Below are positions 21,255 to 31,329 of a stretch of 64,000 nt of DNA, in pieces; within the stretch, counting starts at the first letter, position 1; each line of letters starts with the position of its first letter. The notes beneath the pieces were generated by a model that ran no database searches, was not told where the DNA came from, and was given only the letters and a program-made list of their open reading frames with translations. Both the position numbers and the translations under genes were made by a program. The stretch is taken from IMG/VR virus record IMGVR_UViG_3300033153_015023, positions 16,026-80,025 of that record; one strand, 5' to 3'. The stretch is from a virus.

Positions 21255-21414
21255 AGCTGTGAAAGGTATTGGCAGTACCTGGGTAAAGCTTATTCAGCTG
21301 CCACTGAGTAAGTGAGGATCTAATAAAGTGGTCACCTCTACTAGAATTGGAAACTGGAAGAGGAGCTGTTATTGAAGGCAGCGGTTGCCTGTGGTGGTAA
21401 GCAGGCTCACAGTT
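21255..21414 (+). ncRNA. Candidate multi-stem RNA with kissing loops
   Basis: Closing helix CTGTGA/TCACAG, several internal hairpins, loops TGGCAG and CTGCCA exactly complementary. Confidence 0.6.
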
Positions 21415-22054
21415 TTTATTTAGAGGAGAATAAAATGCTTTGCAAATGGTCTCACGGACGCGATGTATATGAGTTTGATGCAAATACGAAAGCAGAAGAA
21501 ATACAGAAGATAAGAGGGCTTGCAAAGGCTCAAGGTTGGAAGTTTAAAGATATGAAGAAGGAAAATAGCAATGAATAAAGGATTAAGAACATATGGGGCC
21601 ATTGTTATCCTCGACGATCGAATAACAGAGCTGGAAACTGAAATGAAACAGGTACTAAAAGAATTTGATGAGGTCGAGAAACAACGCGATGAGTTGCTTG
21701 AGATATGCAGAACAGCGGAAAAGACAGCAATAGAAATACACTCTGGCAGAAGGCATGAAGGCTCTATGCCTTGTGGAATATTGGCAAGAAAACTAGAAGA
21801 CATTATAGGGAAAATAGAGCTTGTTATATAATGTGTAACCACGGTAGGACTATAAATTGTCCAAAATGTAAAGACTACTATGCTTGCTTAGCAGAAGAGA
21901 CGCCAATTGATTGGGATAAGTTTCCACCTGAATTCTGGATTGCTGCACATAGAAGAGTTTTGAGAAGATTAATGCGAAAGCATCCTGGATTCTTTCTTAA
22001 AAGATTTGGTATAATAAGATCGGTTGGAAAGTATGTGCGTGTAGGGAAACCATA

Positions 22055-22381
22055 ATGATACTAGAAGACGCATTAAAATTATTCCAGATTAATATTTCTC
22101 AAAGAATGGGGGGTGTAAGAAGCTTTGGAGAAGCAACTACTCGACTAGAGAATCTAAAGAAATCCGCTCGGAAAGAATATCGTAGGAAGGCAAAAGAGCT
22201 TCATCCAGATATAAATGGTTCACATGAAAAGATGGTTGAGTTGAATACTGCAATGCAGTTAATTGGCATGATGCATGTAGAACCTCCTCGACCACAACCT
22301 GTAGTGATAGTTTATAGACAATCATATCCTAGTTATTCTGAGGGAACCTCGACTACTGGAACGTGTACTTTTTCATGGTAA
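22055..22381 (+). CDS. J-domain (DnaJ-like) protein
   Basis: RKEYRRKAKELHPDINGS.EKM.ELN.A. Confidence 0.8.
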   Translation: MILEDALKLFQINISQRMGGVRSFGEATTRLENLKKSARKEYRRKAKELHPDINGSHEKMVELNTAMQLIGMMHVEPPRPQPVVIVYRQSYPSYSEGTSTTGTCTFSW

Positions 22382-22682
22382 GGAGATAAAGAATGGGATT
22401 TTTAGCAGAAGATACAAAACATGAAGGAGCAGATATTGTTACTAAAGCAACTCAAGCTTTAGCTAAAGAAACAAAAGCCAGACGTATCTTTCTTTGCTAT
22501 TCTATCCTTAATCCAGATGCGGTACATGATGATGATGAAGTGGTTTTCTTTTCCGAATTAGTAGATGTTAATCGAAAATCTCACCCTGTAGAGGAGCTGG
22601 CTATTTTGCGGAAATATATTGCTGAATATATTTGTCAACCACCTAATTTTGAAGACGCTAAAAAATAAAAGGAGAATAAAAT

Positions 22683-22952
22683 ATGAAGTACAGAAAAAAA
22701 CCAATGGTAGTTGAGGCGATGCAGTTTTGGAATGGTGATGGGAAAAATACTATTAAGGAATGTGAAGAGTTTGTTAAGAATTCGGCGTATTATTTCTCTG
22801 ATGTCGATGGATGTTTGCATATTTTTACTCTTAAAGGTGAAATGATATCTAATAACGGTGATTGGATTATCAAAGGGATTCAAGGCGAATTTTATGCATG
22901 TAAACCAGACATATTCGAACAGACATATGAAAGGGTAACGGAGGAAGAATAA
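22683..22952 (+). CDS. Conserved small phage protein
   Basis: MKYRKKP.VVEA.Q ... GDWIIKG..GEFY.CKPDIF..TYE, a common phage family of unknown function. Confidence 0.75.
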   Translation: MKYRKKPMVVEAMQFWNGDGKNTIKECEEFVKNSAYYFSDVDGCLHIFTLKGEMISNNGDWIIKGIQGEFYACKPDIFEQTYERVTEEE

Positions 22953-23661
22953 TGGCAATAGGAAAGTTTTCTAATGATCGTAGACCACAAAAGAAATCGG
23001 GAGCTGTTAAAACTCGAGGTAGTGTTGATGAATCTCGAAATGACGATATTCTGAGAAACAGAGATTTTTCAATGGAGGAAACAACTATTGGTAAGAGTGG
23101 AGTACTCAAACCAATCAGACCTGGTTATAGCAAGTCCGGTGTAAAATCTGTTGGTGGCTATGAAGAAGGTGAAGTAAGAAAAAAAGCGTAGGAGGAATAT
23201 TATGGCTGAAGTTATGTCTGCAGAGAGTCGACGCTGGCAAGCAGAGAGCGATGCGCGTACTTTAATCGATGCGGAAACAATTAATTTAGACGCTGGTCGA
23301 AAGAGAAGAGCATTAACAGAAGCAAAGAAGATTGCTCTGTTAAAAAAGAAAGAAATGAAAGCAGCAGAAAAGGTTGCTAACAAGAAAACCAAGAAAAAGG
23401 GTAAATAAAATGACTATAGAAGAATGGGAAAAAAGAATGGATACGGCTACGGATGAAGCCGAAATAAAAAGCTTGTTCAGAAATAAACCGAAGGGAGCAA
23501 AGACTATTAGAACAGGTGCTCCGATGGTAGGTGCTGGAGATATGGGCAATGGAGTTGGAGTTCTATTACCTGGAGATGCCCGGGGAGATTTACCGCTTCT
23601 CAATAGATTGACAAGAAGCAAGAAATAGTAAGAGATTCCTTACAAAACAAGGAGTCATTAA

Positions 23662-25323
23662 ATGTACGAAAGAAACGACGAACAAGGGATTCGTAAACTC
23701 AATTACTCTCGATATAGGAAACTAGTCGAGAAAGGTTATTCTATTGCAGAGGATACTGCAAATACTTCTCTATACTACATCAACGAGGATCCATTTGGTA
23801 GAACATACTACCAAAAATCTTTAGGTGAGGTAACAATTCGAGATCCTCTTACAGGAAGGATGTATACACAAGAGGAGTGGGCAACAAAGGAATTTATTGT
23901 TGACAATAAAGCACAGTTGGTTGCAAAGGTTAGTGCTGATTTGGTTGTAGGAAAGAGCGTATCTATAAAGTTTAAGGATACAGATAGTCCTAAAGAAGAA
24001 AAAATTGCATGGTTGGAAGAGTTTATAAAATGGAATAAGTTGCGGACTAAACTTTATGAGTCTGCGATGAGAAATAGCGGCTTAGGAGATCAATACTTTG
24101 AGTTAGAAGTTATAGATGATAAGATAAAGGTTATTTATCGGGATCCATACTATGTGGATATAGAGTATGAAAATGACGATGTAAAGTTTTATGAGATTGC
24201 GTGGGAGATTGATGTAGAGAAACCTGTCTCTCGAAGTCTTCTTAAAAAGAAGCGGCAAAAAACTACTTACATTCAAAAGAAGCTTCATTATAAGGGAATG
24301 ATTCGATGGGAGCTATGGGAGAAGAGGAAAAAGGAAATGATCCCAATTCCTCTCAATGAGAATCCAGAAAATGAGGAACTGTTGACGCGTGCTTTGAGCG
24401 AATCGCATATGAAGACGTTATTGGCTCGAGAGTCCGGAGAGGAATATGAAACCGATGATATAAACTATGTATATGTAGTTGAGGAGTATACAGGGATAGA
24501 CACCTTCCTTTTAATTCATTGGCCAAACTATCGAATGTTTGATCTCTTCGGTGTTTCAGATGCCGGTATGATAGAGAATTTACAAAACGCTCTCAATAAC
24601 AGACAGACTCAGCTTCACGACATTCTCGACAAGCATGCAGATCCTCCTATGTATGGTAGTGATTCATATTTAGATGAGAATGGTAATCTGGTAATGACTG
24701 GTGGAGGAGGAAGATACTTTCCAGTTACAGAGGGCGGAGATCCTCCAGGTTATTTAACATGGAATGGGAATATAACTGATTCACAGGATGAAATCAAACG
24801 TCTCTATGAAGCAATTCTTGACAATACAGAAACTTCGCCAGCGCTACTCGGTAGAGACAAAGGTGGCATAGAATCTGGTAGAGCTTTGATGTACAAGTTA
24901 ATCCGATCTCTTGCAATGGCAGCTCGAAAATCTGTGTATATGAAAACAGCAATTAATGAGTTAATTCTAACTGCGCAGAAACTTGAAGAGATTTGGATAG
25001 TTGGTGATGGGATAAAGAGCCTGGATGAAGAGATAAAAACAGAGTGGAGTGATCTTCTTGAAGTAGTGATTGAAATTCAGTCTGCTATTCCAACCGACAC
25101 TCAAGAGATAATTGGTGAAGTTGGGACGTTAGTAGAGAGAGGACTTATTTCAAAGGAAACTGGATTGTTGATTATTGAGAAATATTTTGATGAGATTGAT
25201 CCAGAGACGGAAAAGAAACTACTTGCTGCACAAGAGGATCGGGAAGCGGAATTAGAGAAGAAGAGAATGCCTGATCTGTTAGCAGGTATTCCAGAAGAAA
25301 CAGAACCAGGACTTAATGAATGA
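23662..25323 (+). CDS. Portal protein (SPP1 gp6-like)
   Basis: 553 aa downstream of terL; FGVSD, ILDKHADP, YLTW, ESGRAL, GLISKET. Confidence 0.85.
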   Translation: MYERNDEQGIRKLNYSRYRKLVEKGYSIAEDTANTSLYYINEDPFGRTYYQKSLGEVTIRDPLTGRMYTQEEWATKEFIVDNKAQLVAKVSADLVVGKSVSIKFKDTDSPKEEKIAWLEEFIKWNKLRTKLYESAMRNSGLGDQYFELEVIDDKIKVIYRDPYYVDIEYENDDVKFYEIAWEIDVEKPVSRSLLKKKRQKTTYIQKKLHYKGMIRWELWEKRKKEMIPIPLNENPENEELLTRALSESHMKTLLARESGEEYETDDINYVYVVEEYTGIDTFLLIHWPNYRMFDLFGVSDAGMIENLQNALNNRQTQLHDILDKHADPPMYGSDSYLDENGNLVMTGGGGRYFPVTEGGDPPGYLTWNGNITDSQDEIKRLYEAILDNTETSPALLGRDKGGIESGRALMYKLIRSLAMAARKSVYMKTAINELILTAQKLEEIWIVGDGIKSLDEEIKTEWSDLLEVVIEIQSAIPTDTQEIIGEVGTLVERGLISKETGLLIIEKYFDEIDPETEKKLLAAQEDREAELEKKRMPDLLAGIPEETEPGLNE

Positions 25324-25858
25324 ACACAGAGGAAGCAGAATTTCGAGTAAAAGAAATAATGGAAGATGTTCGTCAAGTAGAAAAGCAAAAAGTATTTTTA
25401 GGGAAGGGTTGGTGGGGGTGTAAAGAGAGACATCGGTTAGCTCGTATTTTAAGTTGTATAAGAAAGAAAGGAAAAGATGAAAAGTGTCTTTAAACCAGAA
25501 AAATCTTATGGAAATAGATTCTTTAGAACTACCTATGCTATCGTTGCTCGACGATTGAAAATTGATCCCGTTGCAGAGGGGGCAATTTTACACAAGCGTA
25601 TTCAGAACCTCTTCTGGGGAAACGACTTTGTTAAGCTGGAGAGTAAAAAAGAAAGAGAGAAGCGACAGGAGCTTGCAGATCGACTAGTAGATCGGTATGG
25701 TAGGCGATCAAGAAAGTTTTATCGAATTTTCCAATTATACTGCTACTCTCGAGGACAGTTGAGAGGGCTCGCTTCTATGCAAAACTTTATATTAGGTGAA
25801 GAAGATAAGCGAGAAAGAATAGATAATAGCATAAAAAAATTATTTAGGGATAATTAAT

Positions 25859-26656
25859 TTGAGAGCTGATTTATACCAGGGTGATTGTTTACAAGTGATG
25901 GATTTACTTATTAAAAAAGGTATAAAAGTAGATGCAATTATTACGGATTTACCTTATGGAATTACGGCGTGCAAGTGGGATTCAGTTATTCCATTAGAGC
26001 CTATGTGGATATTGCTAAAACAACTTATTAAAGACAAGGGTGCTATAGTATTATTTGGTAGCCAGCCTTTTACAAGTAAAGTAATTGTAAGTAATTTAAA
26101 GATGTTCAAATATTGTTGGGTATGGAATAAACGATTGGCAGGAAATGGAATATTAGCAAAAAAACAACCACTAAAAATACATGAAGATATAATGGTTTTT
26201 AATAGTAGGATATATTATCCAGAAATGAGGAAAGGGAGGGCAAGATGGAAAGGTGGGATTAAAGATAAACATGGTACTTTCTCAAATGCGGAAAGTAAAA
26301 AAGTATGGAATGATAAGTATTATCCAACTTCTATTCTTGAATTTTCAGGAGCAGGGATGAGGTATATAAGAGTTCATCCTACTCAAAAACCAATACTATT
26401 ACTAGAATATTTAATTAAAACATATACGAATGAAAAAGAACTTGTTCTTGATTTTACTATGGGTTCAGGCACAACAGGGATAGCTTGTAAAAATCTAAAC
26501 AGAAATTTTGTAGGAATAGAATTAGATAAGAATTATTTTGAAATAGCAAAATATAGAATTTTAGATATAGCAAATAATGATGATAGTATAATATGTCATT
26601 TAGAAAGAACTTTATATAGTAAAAGGAGGATAAAGAATGAAAATCAGATTACCTAA
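25859..26656 (+). CDS. DNA N4/N6 methyltransferase
   Basis: GDCL, TDLPYG.TACKWD, HPTQKP, LDFTMGSGTTG. Confidence 0.92.
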   Translation: MRADLYQGDCLQVMDLLIKKGIKVDAIITDLPYGITACKWDSVIPLEPMWILLKQLIKDKGAIVLFGSQPFTSKVIVSNLKMFKYCWVWNKRLAGNGILAKKQPLKIHEDIMVFNSRIYYPEMRKGRARWKGGIKDKHGTFSNAESKKVWNDKYYPTSILEFSGAGMRYIRVHPTQKPILLLEYLIKTYTNEKELVLDFTMGSGTTGIACKNLNRNFVGIELDKNYFEIAKYRILDIANNDDSIICHLERTLYSKRRIKNENQIT

Positions 26657-27011
26657 AACAGGAGAGGTGAATGTAAGGAATGGCAGCCCTCCTTATGTTG
26701 CACCGAAGAGATTGGCATGTAATGCAATCGCTCGACATAACCGCAAATGTGAGCAGGCAGAAAAAGCATATCTTCGAAAATGGGGTGTAGGTAAAAAACA
26801 TCCTATCGGTATAAAGAAGAGATCAAGAGTGTTGGAGGGAGAATGAAAACAAGTTCCGGAACTGGAAAGAAAGGTAGTCGAAAAATCGGTCGTAACTCTA
26901 CAAAAAGTGCTCGTTACAAGTCTCAAGGAATAAGGGAGAAGAATAAAGAAAGACGGAGACTGAAACGAGAGAGAAAGTTTGCACGTAATAAAGAGAAACG
27001 GAGTTTAGTTA

Positions 27012-27647
27012 ATGCCTTATAAAGTAGTGCACAGCGATGAAAACCATATTTGGTATCGTGAAGGAACTACAGATTTAGAAAGAATTCAGGAGCAACCTAT
27101 ATATCGAGAGTTGTTTTTTAATGATATAGATACCGCTCTCGATGTTGGAGCTCATATAGGAGCATTTGCTCGTTATGCAATACAATTTGTTAAAAGAGTT
27201 GTTTGCGTGGAACCTGAGAAAGATAATTTTTCGATGTTGCTTCGAAATATAGAGGATTTGAATACCATTATTCCTATTCGAGCTGCAGTTACTGATGATA
27301 AAAAGCTTTTGTATGGAGGTAGTGCCGCGTTTCGACTGGCAAGTAATCTGTCAGCACACCATTTAGGGGTAAGTACGTTACGTGTTCCTGTTATTTCATT
27401 TCGAAAGCTTATTTGCGTTTTTGAACCAGATGCAATAAAGATAGATATAGAGAAGGAAGAGAGGAAATTAGATTTTCAAAATCTTCCTCCTTTTGTAAAG
27501 TCTATTGCGATTGAGTATCATCCAGCATCCTCTGGTAGAAGAGTTCACGAGATATTACTAAAGCAAAATTTCGACGTTGTTCGATTGCCGAATTTTTTAA
27601 AGGGAACTAATGATGTAGGGATTTATCGGAGAGTAAAAAATGCCTAG
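27012..27647 (+). CDS. FkbM-family SAM-dependent methyltransferase
   Basis: LDVGAHIGAF, VCVEP...NF..L..N, IKIDIE. Confidence 0.85.
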   Translation: MPYKVVHSDENHIWYREGTTDLERIQEQPIYRELFFNDIDTALDVGAHIGAFARYAIQFVKRVVCVEPEKDNFSMLLRNIEDLNTIIPIRAAVTDDKKLLYGGSAAFRLASNLSAHHLGVSTLRVPVISFRKLICVFEPDAIKIDIEKEERKLDFQNLPPFVKSIAIEYHPASSGRRVHEILLKQNFDVVRLPNFLKGTNDVGIYRRVKNA

Positions 27648-29379
27648 CAAAGGGTGGTATGTAAATGGGTTGGATGAACTCCTCGAAGACTCTATTGATC
27701 GGATGAAGGGATTCAACCGTCAATATATGAGAGATATGAGAAGTCTGTTTTCCGTAGAGAAAGTCTTTCAAGGTGTTGATATGAATGAGTACTCTATCCC
27801 CGACCTCAAAAAAATGGCTCTAGATACAATCCACAAAAAGAATTTGCTGGATCCTGCTCACGGTGGAAAACTTCCAATTCTTTGTAAAGACAAAAAGGTT
27901 CGATACTATAATCCAGAGCAGTGGTCAGAAACAATAGCAAGAACGAGATCGAGAGCGCTGCAAGAAAAAGGCTTGCACAATGAAATGGCGGAAGCAGGAT
28001 TTGATTTGGTGATTGTGTCTATTGGTGGCTCCGGTGATATGTGTAAACACTGGGAAGGGAAGATTCTTTCTATCTCTGGAAAGACATCTGGTGTTGAAAC
28101 GGTAACTCATGCTCAAAGTATTCATTTGTTTCATCCAAATTGCGCACACAGCAGTTCTCCCGTAATTATTACAGAAGATGAAGCTGGTCCGAAGATATGG
28201 GGTAGAAGTGACTTACCTAAGGTTGCAAGAGAGAGTTTGCGACAAATACTAGATCAAGCAAAAGCGTTTCAACTAGAACTTCAAATGACAGGTCTTCAAC
28301 AGTTTGCAGGCTCTGTAGCTGCGTTAAAACCTGGTACGCGAAAGTATTTTGTTTATAAAAAGATTAGTGATGGAATAGATGAAGATGAGTTAATACGACT
28401 TTTTGCAAAAGAGTATGGAATGGACGAAGCTACAGCTCGCGGAAAGGTTCGATTTTATATTAGTGATTTAAAGAAGAATGCAAAGTTGCCTGTTCTTAAA
28501 AAAGATGGATTTCTAAGCGTCGAGAAACCTGTTAAACCGCATTTTGTAAGTTCTGTGAAAGCTTTGAAATCTGATACGAAAGAATATTTTGTCTATAAAA
28601 GAATAAAAGTTGGAGTAGATGAACATGAATTGATGAGACTTTTTGCAGAGGAATATGGATTAAAAAAAGCAGAAGCTCGAGGATGGGTTAAGTTTCATAT
28701 CCGCAATTTGGAAAAAACTGGAAAGTTGTCTATAGTCAAAAAGGACGGATTCTTAAGCACGGTTAAACCAGTTAAACCGCTCTTTGCCGCAGGACCTCCT
28801 TCAGAAGAAGAGATGTTACATCCTTGGTTATCTAAAAAAGAGGCGAAAAAACTTATGGGTGATGCTGATCTTGAAAGACTTGTTAAAGAAGATAGTCCAA
28901 AAACAGATTTTGAAAGAAAAGTCTATGACAGAATACGTGATTGGACTAAGAGGGGATATGTTTCTATAAGAAGTACTGAACAAGAATTATTTAGTGGAAT
29001 TGCTGTTGATAAATTAAAAATAAAAGATAGGTTTGTTGATGTAGTATATCTTGAATCGTTTCTTGATAATGCTCCAAAGTACCATGGTAGTGTTGCTCGA
29101 GGGACGAATACTCTGTTAAAAAAGAAGATCGGAGATGTTTATGAAACAAGAGCAATGTCGTCTTTTTCTAAAGGCACTCGTCCTACGGAAGCGTTCAGTG
29201 AAACGAATACGGTTCTTGTTATTGAAAATAGTAGAAAGGGAGCTGATATTTCTAAACTCTCTGCCGTCGGAGTAGAAGGTGAGGTGCTTATGCCAAAAGG
29301 TCGATATTATATAAAGAAAATCATAGAGAGCTTTGAGACATCTGTTAATCAGAAGATTTATTTTTTAGAAGAAATGTAA
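27640..29379 (+). CDS. Minor capsid (MuF-like) protein fused to a C-terminal ADP-ribosyltransferase
   Basis: IART, C..WEGKILS, LFHPNCAH; C-terminal R-S-E pattern VARG / MSSFS / EGEVL. Confidence 0.8.
   Translation: MPSKGWYVNGLDELLEDSIDRMKGFNRQYMRDMRSLFSVEKVFQGVDMNEYSIPDLKKMALDTIHKKNLLDPAHGGKLPILCKDKKVRYYNPEQWSETIARTRSRALQEKGLHNEMAEAGFDLVIVSIGGSGDMCKHWEGKILSISGKTSGVETVTHAQSIHLFHPNCAHSSSPVIITEDEAGPKIWGRSDLPKVARESLRQILDQAKAFQLELQMTGLQQFAGSVAALKPGTRKYFVYKKISDGIDEDELIRLFAKEYGMDEATARGKVRFYISDLKKNAKLPVLKKDGFLSVEKPVKPHFVSSVKALKSDTKEYFVYKRIKVGVDEHELMRLFAEEYGLKKAEARGWVKFHIRNLEKTGKLSIVKKDGFLSTVKPVKPLFAAGPPSEEEMLHPWLSKKEAKKLMGDADLERLVKEDSPKTDFERKVYDRIRDWTKRGYVSIRSTEQELFSGIAVDKLKIKDRFVDVVYLESFLDNAPKYHGSVARGTNTLLKKKIGDVYETRAMSSFSKGTRPTEAFSETNTVLVIENSRKGADISKLSAVGVEGEVLMPKGRYYIKKIIESFETSVNQKIYFLEEM
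28303..28782 (+). repeat. Two tandem 240-nt (80-aa) repeats inside MuF-ART
   Basis: F..SV.ALK..T..YFVYK.I..G.DE.EL.RLFA.EYG....ARG.V.F.I..L.K..KL...KKDGFLS..KPVKP occurs twice. Confidence 0.9.
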
Positions 29380-29406
29380 AGATAGTAAATAGTATCTTCG
29401 TATTAT
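29377..29406 (+). promoter_or_regulatory. Promoter-like motif, copy 3
   Basis: TAAAGA-N17-G-TATTAT directly after MuF-ART, upstream of two small ORFs and queD-queE-folE. Confidence 0.7.
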
Positions 29407-29424
29407 ATAATAGAAGGGAATAAA

Positions 29425-29595
29425 ATGACAGAAGATGAAAAGTTTGATAATATATTTAACGAACCTCTCTCAGATAGAAGGGGAAAACCTGATCCTAACT
29501 ACAAGCCTCCACAGAAGATGAAAAGGGAGTCTTGGGAAGAATATTTTGAGAGAGTAGCAAAATATGAAGAGGAGTACAAAGAGGAGAAAAAATGA
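29425..29595 (+). CDS. 56-aa charged protein, candidate immunity protein for the ART
   Basis: MTEDEKFDNIF...; has an RBS, follows the toxin gene, below the ORF-track cutoff. Confidence 0.45.
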   Translation: MTEDEKFDNIFNEPLSDRRGKPDPNYKPPQKMKRESWEEYFERVAKYEEEYKEEKK

Positions 29596-29872
29596 AGAAG
29601 GTTTTTCTAATGGAGTTTGCTTACCTTAAGGATGCAGAAGGAATTGCTGAATCGTTTGGTACAACACCAGAGGAGTTATCAAATGTATCAGCACAGATGA
29701 TGAAACTTGGTTGTAAGGATGAGATTACGAAAAAGACTACATCACTAATGGAGTTAATCGAGTCCGGAGAAATTACAGGGGGTCAGGTACTAGCACTGAC
29801 AACTATGCAGTTGGCGGATACACAAGAGAAAGCTATGATTCATTTTTTGAAGACGTTGATGAAAGGAAAAAT

Positions 29873-30223
29873 ATGAAAAAGCGATACAGAATCAAATTAG
29901 ACTTTGATGCAGCTCACTACTTACCTCACTACGCTGGACCCTGTGCCAATCTCCATGGTCATACTTGGCATATTGAGTTCTATATTACAGTTCCAAAGAA
30001 GTTAGATGAGAGTGGAATTGGACTTGATTTCAAGGTTTTGAAAGAAAAGCTGAAAGCAATTCTACCGGATCATCAACTTATAAACGACATCATAGAACAT
30101 CCGACAGCAGAGATTATTGTTGAGAAACTCTATTATAAAGCTGCAATGGAATTTCCGATGATGGTGGAAAAAGTTATATTATGGGAGACAGAGAAAAATG
30201 GAATTGAGTTTTCCAATAGTTGA
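29873..30223 (+). CDS. queD: 6-carboxytetrahydropterin synthase
   Basis: FDAAHYL...GPCANLHGHTW, DH..IN, PTAE, LWET. Confidence 0.93.
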   Translation: MKKRYRIKLDFDAAHYLPHYAGPCANLHGHTWHIEFYITVPKKLDESGIGLDFKVLKEKLKAILPDHQLINDIIEHPTAEIIVEKLYYKAAMEFPMMVEKVILWETEKNGIEFSNS

Positions 30224-30788
30224 GGTATTCGATAGCATCCAGGGAGAAGGTGCTCGAGTAGGTACTGCTTGTCGCTTTGTACGTTTTGCGGGATGCAATT
30301 TAAAGTGTGACTTTTGTGACACTGATTACAAAGAGCGAGAAAGAGTTGGGATAGACGAACTTGTGAGAAGGATGGAAGGAGCTCCTGGAAAGAATATTGT
30401 CATTACCGGCGGTGAACCTACTATTCATAAAGATCTACTTAAGTTTGTTTGGAAATTACGTGCTCATGGATATCATATCGCTCTTGAGACAAATGGTGAA
30501 AACAACGTTGGGTTTGAGGTCGATTGGCTCACGGTTTCTCCAAAGAGTTATTTGTTTAATCAATTATACGGTGATGAAATGAAGGTTCTTTGGATGCGTA
30601 ATAATGCCTCTGATAATGCTGTCCGCTCTCATTCTTTACGAAGAGGTAGTAATTTTAAACACTATTTCATCCAACCAATTGAGCGAAAAGGTAAGTTTGA
30701 AAAAATAGATGAGATAATAGAATTTATAAAGGAGAATCCAGAGTGGAGACTGAGTATACAAGCACATAAGATATTAGGAATTCGTTAA
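30198..30788 (+). CDS. queE: 7-carboxy-7-deazaguanine synthase (radical SAM)
   Basis: FDSIQGEG, GCNLKCDFCDT, ITGGEP, ETNG, VSPK, WRLSIQAHK. Confidence 0.95.
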   Translation: MELSFPIVEVFDSIQGEGARVGTACRFVRFAGCNLKCDFCDTDYKERERVGIDELVRRMEGAPGKNIVITGGEPTIHKDLLKFVWKLRAHGYHIALETNGENNVGFEVDWLTVSPKSYLFNQLYGDEMKVLWMRNNASDNAVRSHSLRRGSNFKHYFIQPIERKGKFEKIDEIIEFIKENPEWRLSIQAHKILGIR

Positions 30789-31318
30789 TAGACATTATTT
30801 CTTACATTGGAGATGATCCTAGTCGAGAGGGTTTAGTTGATACACCAGATCGAATAATTCGTTCCTGGAAAAAACTGTTAGGTGGTTATAAGGAAGATGC
30901 AATAGAGATTCTTCAAAAAGCAAGTTTCGATGCTGAGGGTTATGATGAGATGATTATGTTGAAGGAAATTGAATTCTATTCGACATGCGAACATCATTTC
31001 ATGCCTTTCTTCGGGAGGGCTACTGTTGCATATATTCCTCAAAACAGAGTAGTTGGTATATCAAAACTTGCACGTATTGTAGAAGTGTTTGCAAGACGAC
31101 TGCAGATTCAGGAAAGAATGACCACTCAGATTGCTAATGCGATAGACGATATTTTACTTCCGCAGGGAGTAATGGTTGTATTAGAGGCGCAGCATTTATG
31201 TATGGTTGCGAGAGGTGTTGAGAAACAGCATTCGTCAATGGTCACATCTGCTGTCCGAGGAGTTTTTCGGACGGAGTCAGAAGTAAGAGCAGAATTTTTT
31301 AGTTTGAGAGATAAATAG
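30788..31318 (+). CDS. folE: GTP cyclohydrolase I; start uncertain, probably non-AUG near 30788
   Basis: IGDDPSREGLVDTPDR is in frame upstream of the tracked ATG; STCEHH..PF.G, GISKLAR, RRLQIQER, HLCM..RGV. Confidence 0.9.
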   Translation: MDIISYIGDDPSREGLVDTPDRIIRSWKKLLGGYKEDAIEILQKASFDAEGYDEMIMLKEIEFYSTCEHHFMPFFGRATVAYIPQNRVVGISKLARIVEVFARRLQIQERMTTQIANAIDDILLPQGVMVVLEAQHLCMVARGVEKQHSSMVTSAVRGVFRTESEVRAEFFSLRDK

Positions 31319-31329
31319 GAGGTAGAGAG

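Noticed and set aside
21255-21414. Lysine or purine riboswitch, or SRP Alu domain, because of the kissing loops
   Set aside because: The conserved junction sequences of those classes are not evident.
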